NCBI GenBank assembly: GCA_013265495.1
Contig: MU061579.1
Span: 606,872 to 670,871, forward strand
DNA: 64,000 bases
From: Vicugna vicugna
Lineage: Eukaryota
Reading direction: 5' to 3'
Shown: positions 63,301-64,000 of the stretch, piece by piece
Layout: each line of letters begins with the position of its first letter
Position numbering within the stretch: position 1 is the stretch's first letter
The notes under the pieces: model-generated
The model's input: only the letters and a program-made list of their open reading frames with translations
What the model was told of the DNA's origin: nothing
The model's database searches: none
Position numbers and translations under genes: made by a program

Positions 63301-64000
63301 CATTTCATGGTCTCAAGTCCCACGCCTTCGCCTTTTCTCTTTCTTCTCATTTAGATGTTGACCTAAAAAGGTATGGATCATTCTTAAATGTGATTTCAGC
63401 TCAGCTACCAGCCTACACTTGGGACTTGGAAAATTATTATTGTTCGTTCTGATAATAAAATATTCAAGAATGCTGACAGACTGCTAGGTGAAAATCCATA
63501 TTAAATCTGTCTACTGAGTTTGTTCTAAGAAGATGCAGCACTGCATATGAAATGTAGGATTGTGGAATCCAAATAATCCAACTTATGTCAAAACTAAACA
63601 AATCATCTACCACGGTCTCAAGAAAATAATAATAATAGCCTGTCTAGAGCACATTATCTATAGCAACTTGTGAACAAAATTCTTCCGTGAATACATTAGC
63701 ATGCAAGTGCAGATCTTGCCAGGTGTAGATTCTGCTTACTCTCAGTCCTCAGGTTTTTAAAATTTCTTTGATAACCTAATATACCAATTTGAGATATGAA
63801 TTTACTGTCTACAGGATTTTAAGCTTCAGAAATGCTAGACTGCCAACTTTCCAGTCTTTCTTACTCCTGCATTAATTAATGCAAACCAGTGTGATGAGTT
63901 ACACAGGGTTCCACTGGCAGTTGCCTGAAGTACAGCCTGCTTGCCATCTATTCTATAACGGAATAGTTGAATGTAGAAACTCAGAAAGTGGGACATTATA

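Noticed and set aside
1..64000. Prokaryotic-type system (CRISPR array, operon, defence island)
   Set aside because: The sequence is mammalian (L1, MIR, L2, LTRs). There is no repeat-spacer array and no dense ORF structure.

Overview
AT-rich mammalian genomic DNA, most likely camelid (Camelus/Vicugna/Lama). The assignment rests on three copies of a tRNA-derived SINE matching my recollection of the camelid Vic-type SINE, plus several young L1 3' ends. The window is intergenic or deep-intronic and dominated by transposable elements: a ~3.2 kb decayed L1 carrying the only recognisable protein remnants (ORF2 reverse transcriptase), several 5'-truncated L1s, at least 11 solo LTRs (ERV1-like, ERV2/K-like, ERVL, MaLR), hAT MITEs (MER5A, MER20), ancient L2/MIR fragments and microsatellites. 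I recognise no host protein-coding gene, RNA gene, CRISPR array or prokaryotic system. The ORF track is mostly chance ORFs or L1 sense/antisense frames. The best-supported observations are mechanistic: a twin-primed L1 inversion with a 26-bp duplication, an L1 nested in an L1 with a TSD, a stack of three L1 tails, and a recent perfect 61-bp tandem duplication inside an ancient MaLR. A weaker hypothesis is an unannotated minus-strand spliced transcript, based on TE orientation bias and several candidate exons. Repeat family names come from recalled consensus motifs, not a database search, and boundaries without a TSD are approximate.
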